Made by a program: the position numbers and the translations under genes. A DNA stretch of 64,000 nt from Octopus vulgaris (taxonomy: Eukaryota). Of the stretch, positions 63,314-64,000 are shown one piece after another. Position 1 is the first letter of the stretch. Each line of letters starts with the position of its first letter. The notes below the pieces were generated by a model that was not told where the DNA came from, did no database searches, and saw nothing but the letters and a program-made list of their open reading frames with translations. The stretch spans positions 15,562,001 to 15,626,000 of the forward strand of contig OX597819.1 of assembly GCA_951406725.2 (NCBI GenBank), written 5' to 3'.

Positions 63314-64000
63314 AGTGATGTTAAAAAGGAATTCTTTAAATATCTATTATACAGGATTCCATATTCAGTTTCTAAGATATGATTCATTGTTCATGCCTTA
63401 AAACATTTTTGATAGAGCTTCTCACAACCCATGCCAGCATGGAAAATGAACATTAATTGAGGATGATGATATATATGTGAAGAGAGAGAGTGAGAGAGAG
63501 AGAGACGTGTGTGTGTGTGTGCTTCATGTACCATAAAGGCAAGGAGGTTTTCTTGCTGTAGGTTGTAGAGACACTGTTGGCTTATACACTTTGTTGTTGT
63601 GCAATGGCCACAGAATCACCATGGAACAGAATTTAAGCGCCAGAAAGGTCAACAGTGATGGAGAGAATTTATCATCATTTGAATTAATCTCATGCTAATT
63701 CAGTTGCCATTCAGACGTACATATACACATTCACTGAAGGTAGCACTCCATCAGTCCACCTGACATGCCTGAGATATATTGTCAGGGGTTCAAATGATAA
63801 GCAACAACAATAACAGCAATGATGGTGAAACCCTTAAGTTATTGGTAGACTTGCTAGAAATAGCAGCCAAATTTCTCTCAGACTGCATTCAACATTTTTT
63901 CAAAATAAAGGACACTTTGGATAAGGAAATTCTAAAGACACTACACTATGTCTGTGAAAGATGGCCATGGCTGAACTACCTTTGATCATATATCTGCTAG

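Overview
AT-rich, repeat-dense eukaryotic DNA. The SINE and microsatellite content suggests an octopus/cephalopod genome (inference). The window lies within one large minus-strand gene, a pecanex (PCNX) homolog. I could assemble 20 GT-AG exons between 49011 and 2200 into one phase-consistent frame of 3847 nt (about 1280 codons); the N-terminal exons and most of the C-terminal domain were not found and probably lie outside the window. Introns hold tRNA-derived SINEs, 5'-truncated RTE LINE copies, piggyBac-, hAT- and mariner-type MITEs, fold-back elements and long microsatellites. Nearly all ORFs in the supplied track are repeat artefacts. The most striking observation is a family of short palindromic elements (four loci). 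The reconstructed unit has two divergent tRNA-like Pol III heads at a central hairpin, each followed by an (AAT)n spacer and a minimal type I hammerhead ribozyme of the Penelope-like-element kind. Three loci are flanked by 10-13 bp direct repeats that look like target-site duplications. All calls are from manual reading; no database search was run, and repeat boundaries are approximate.
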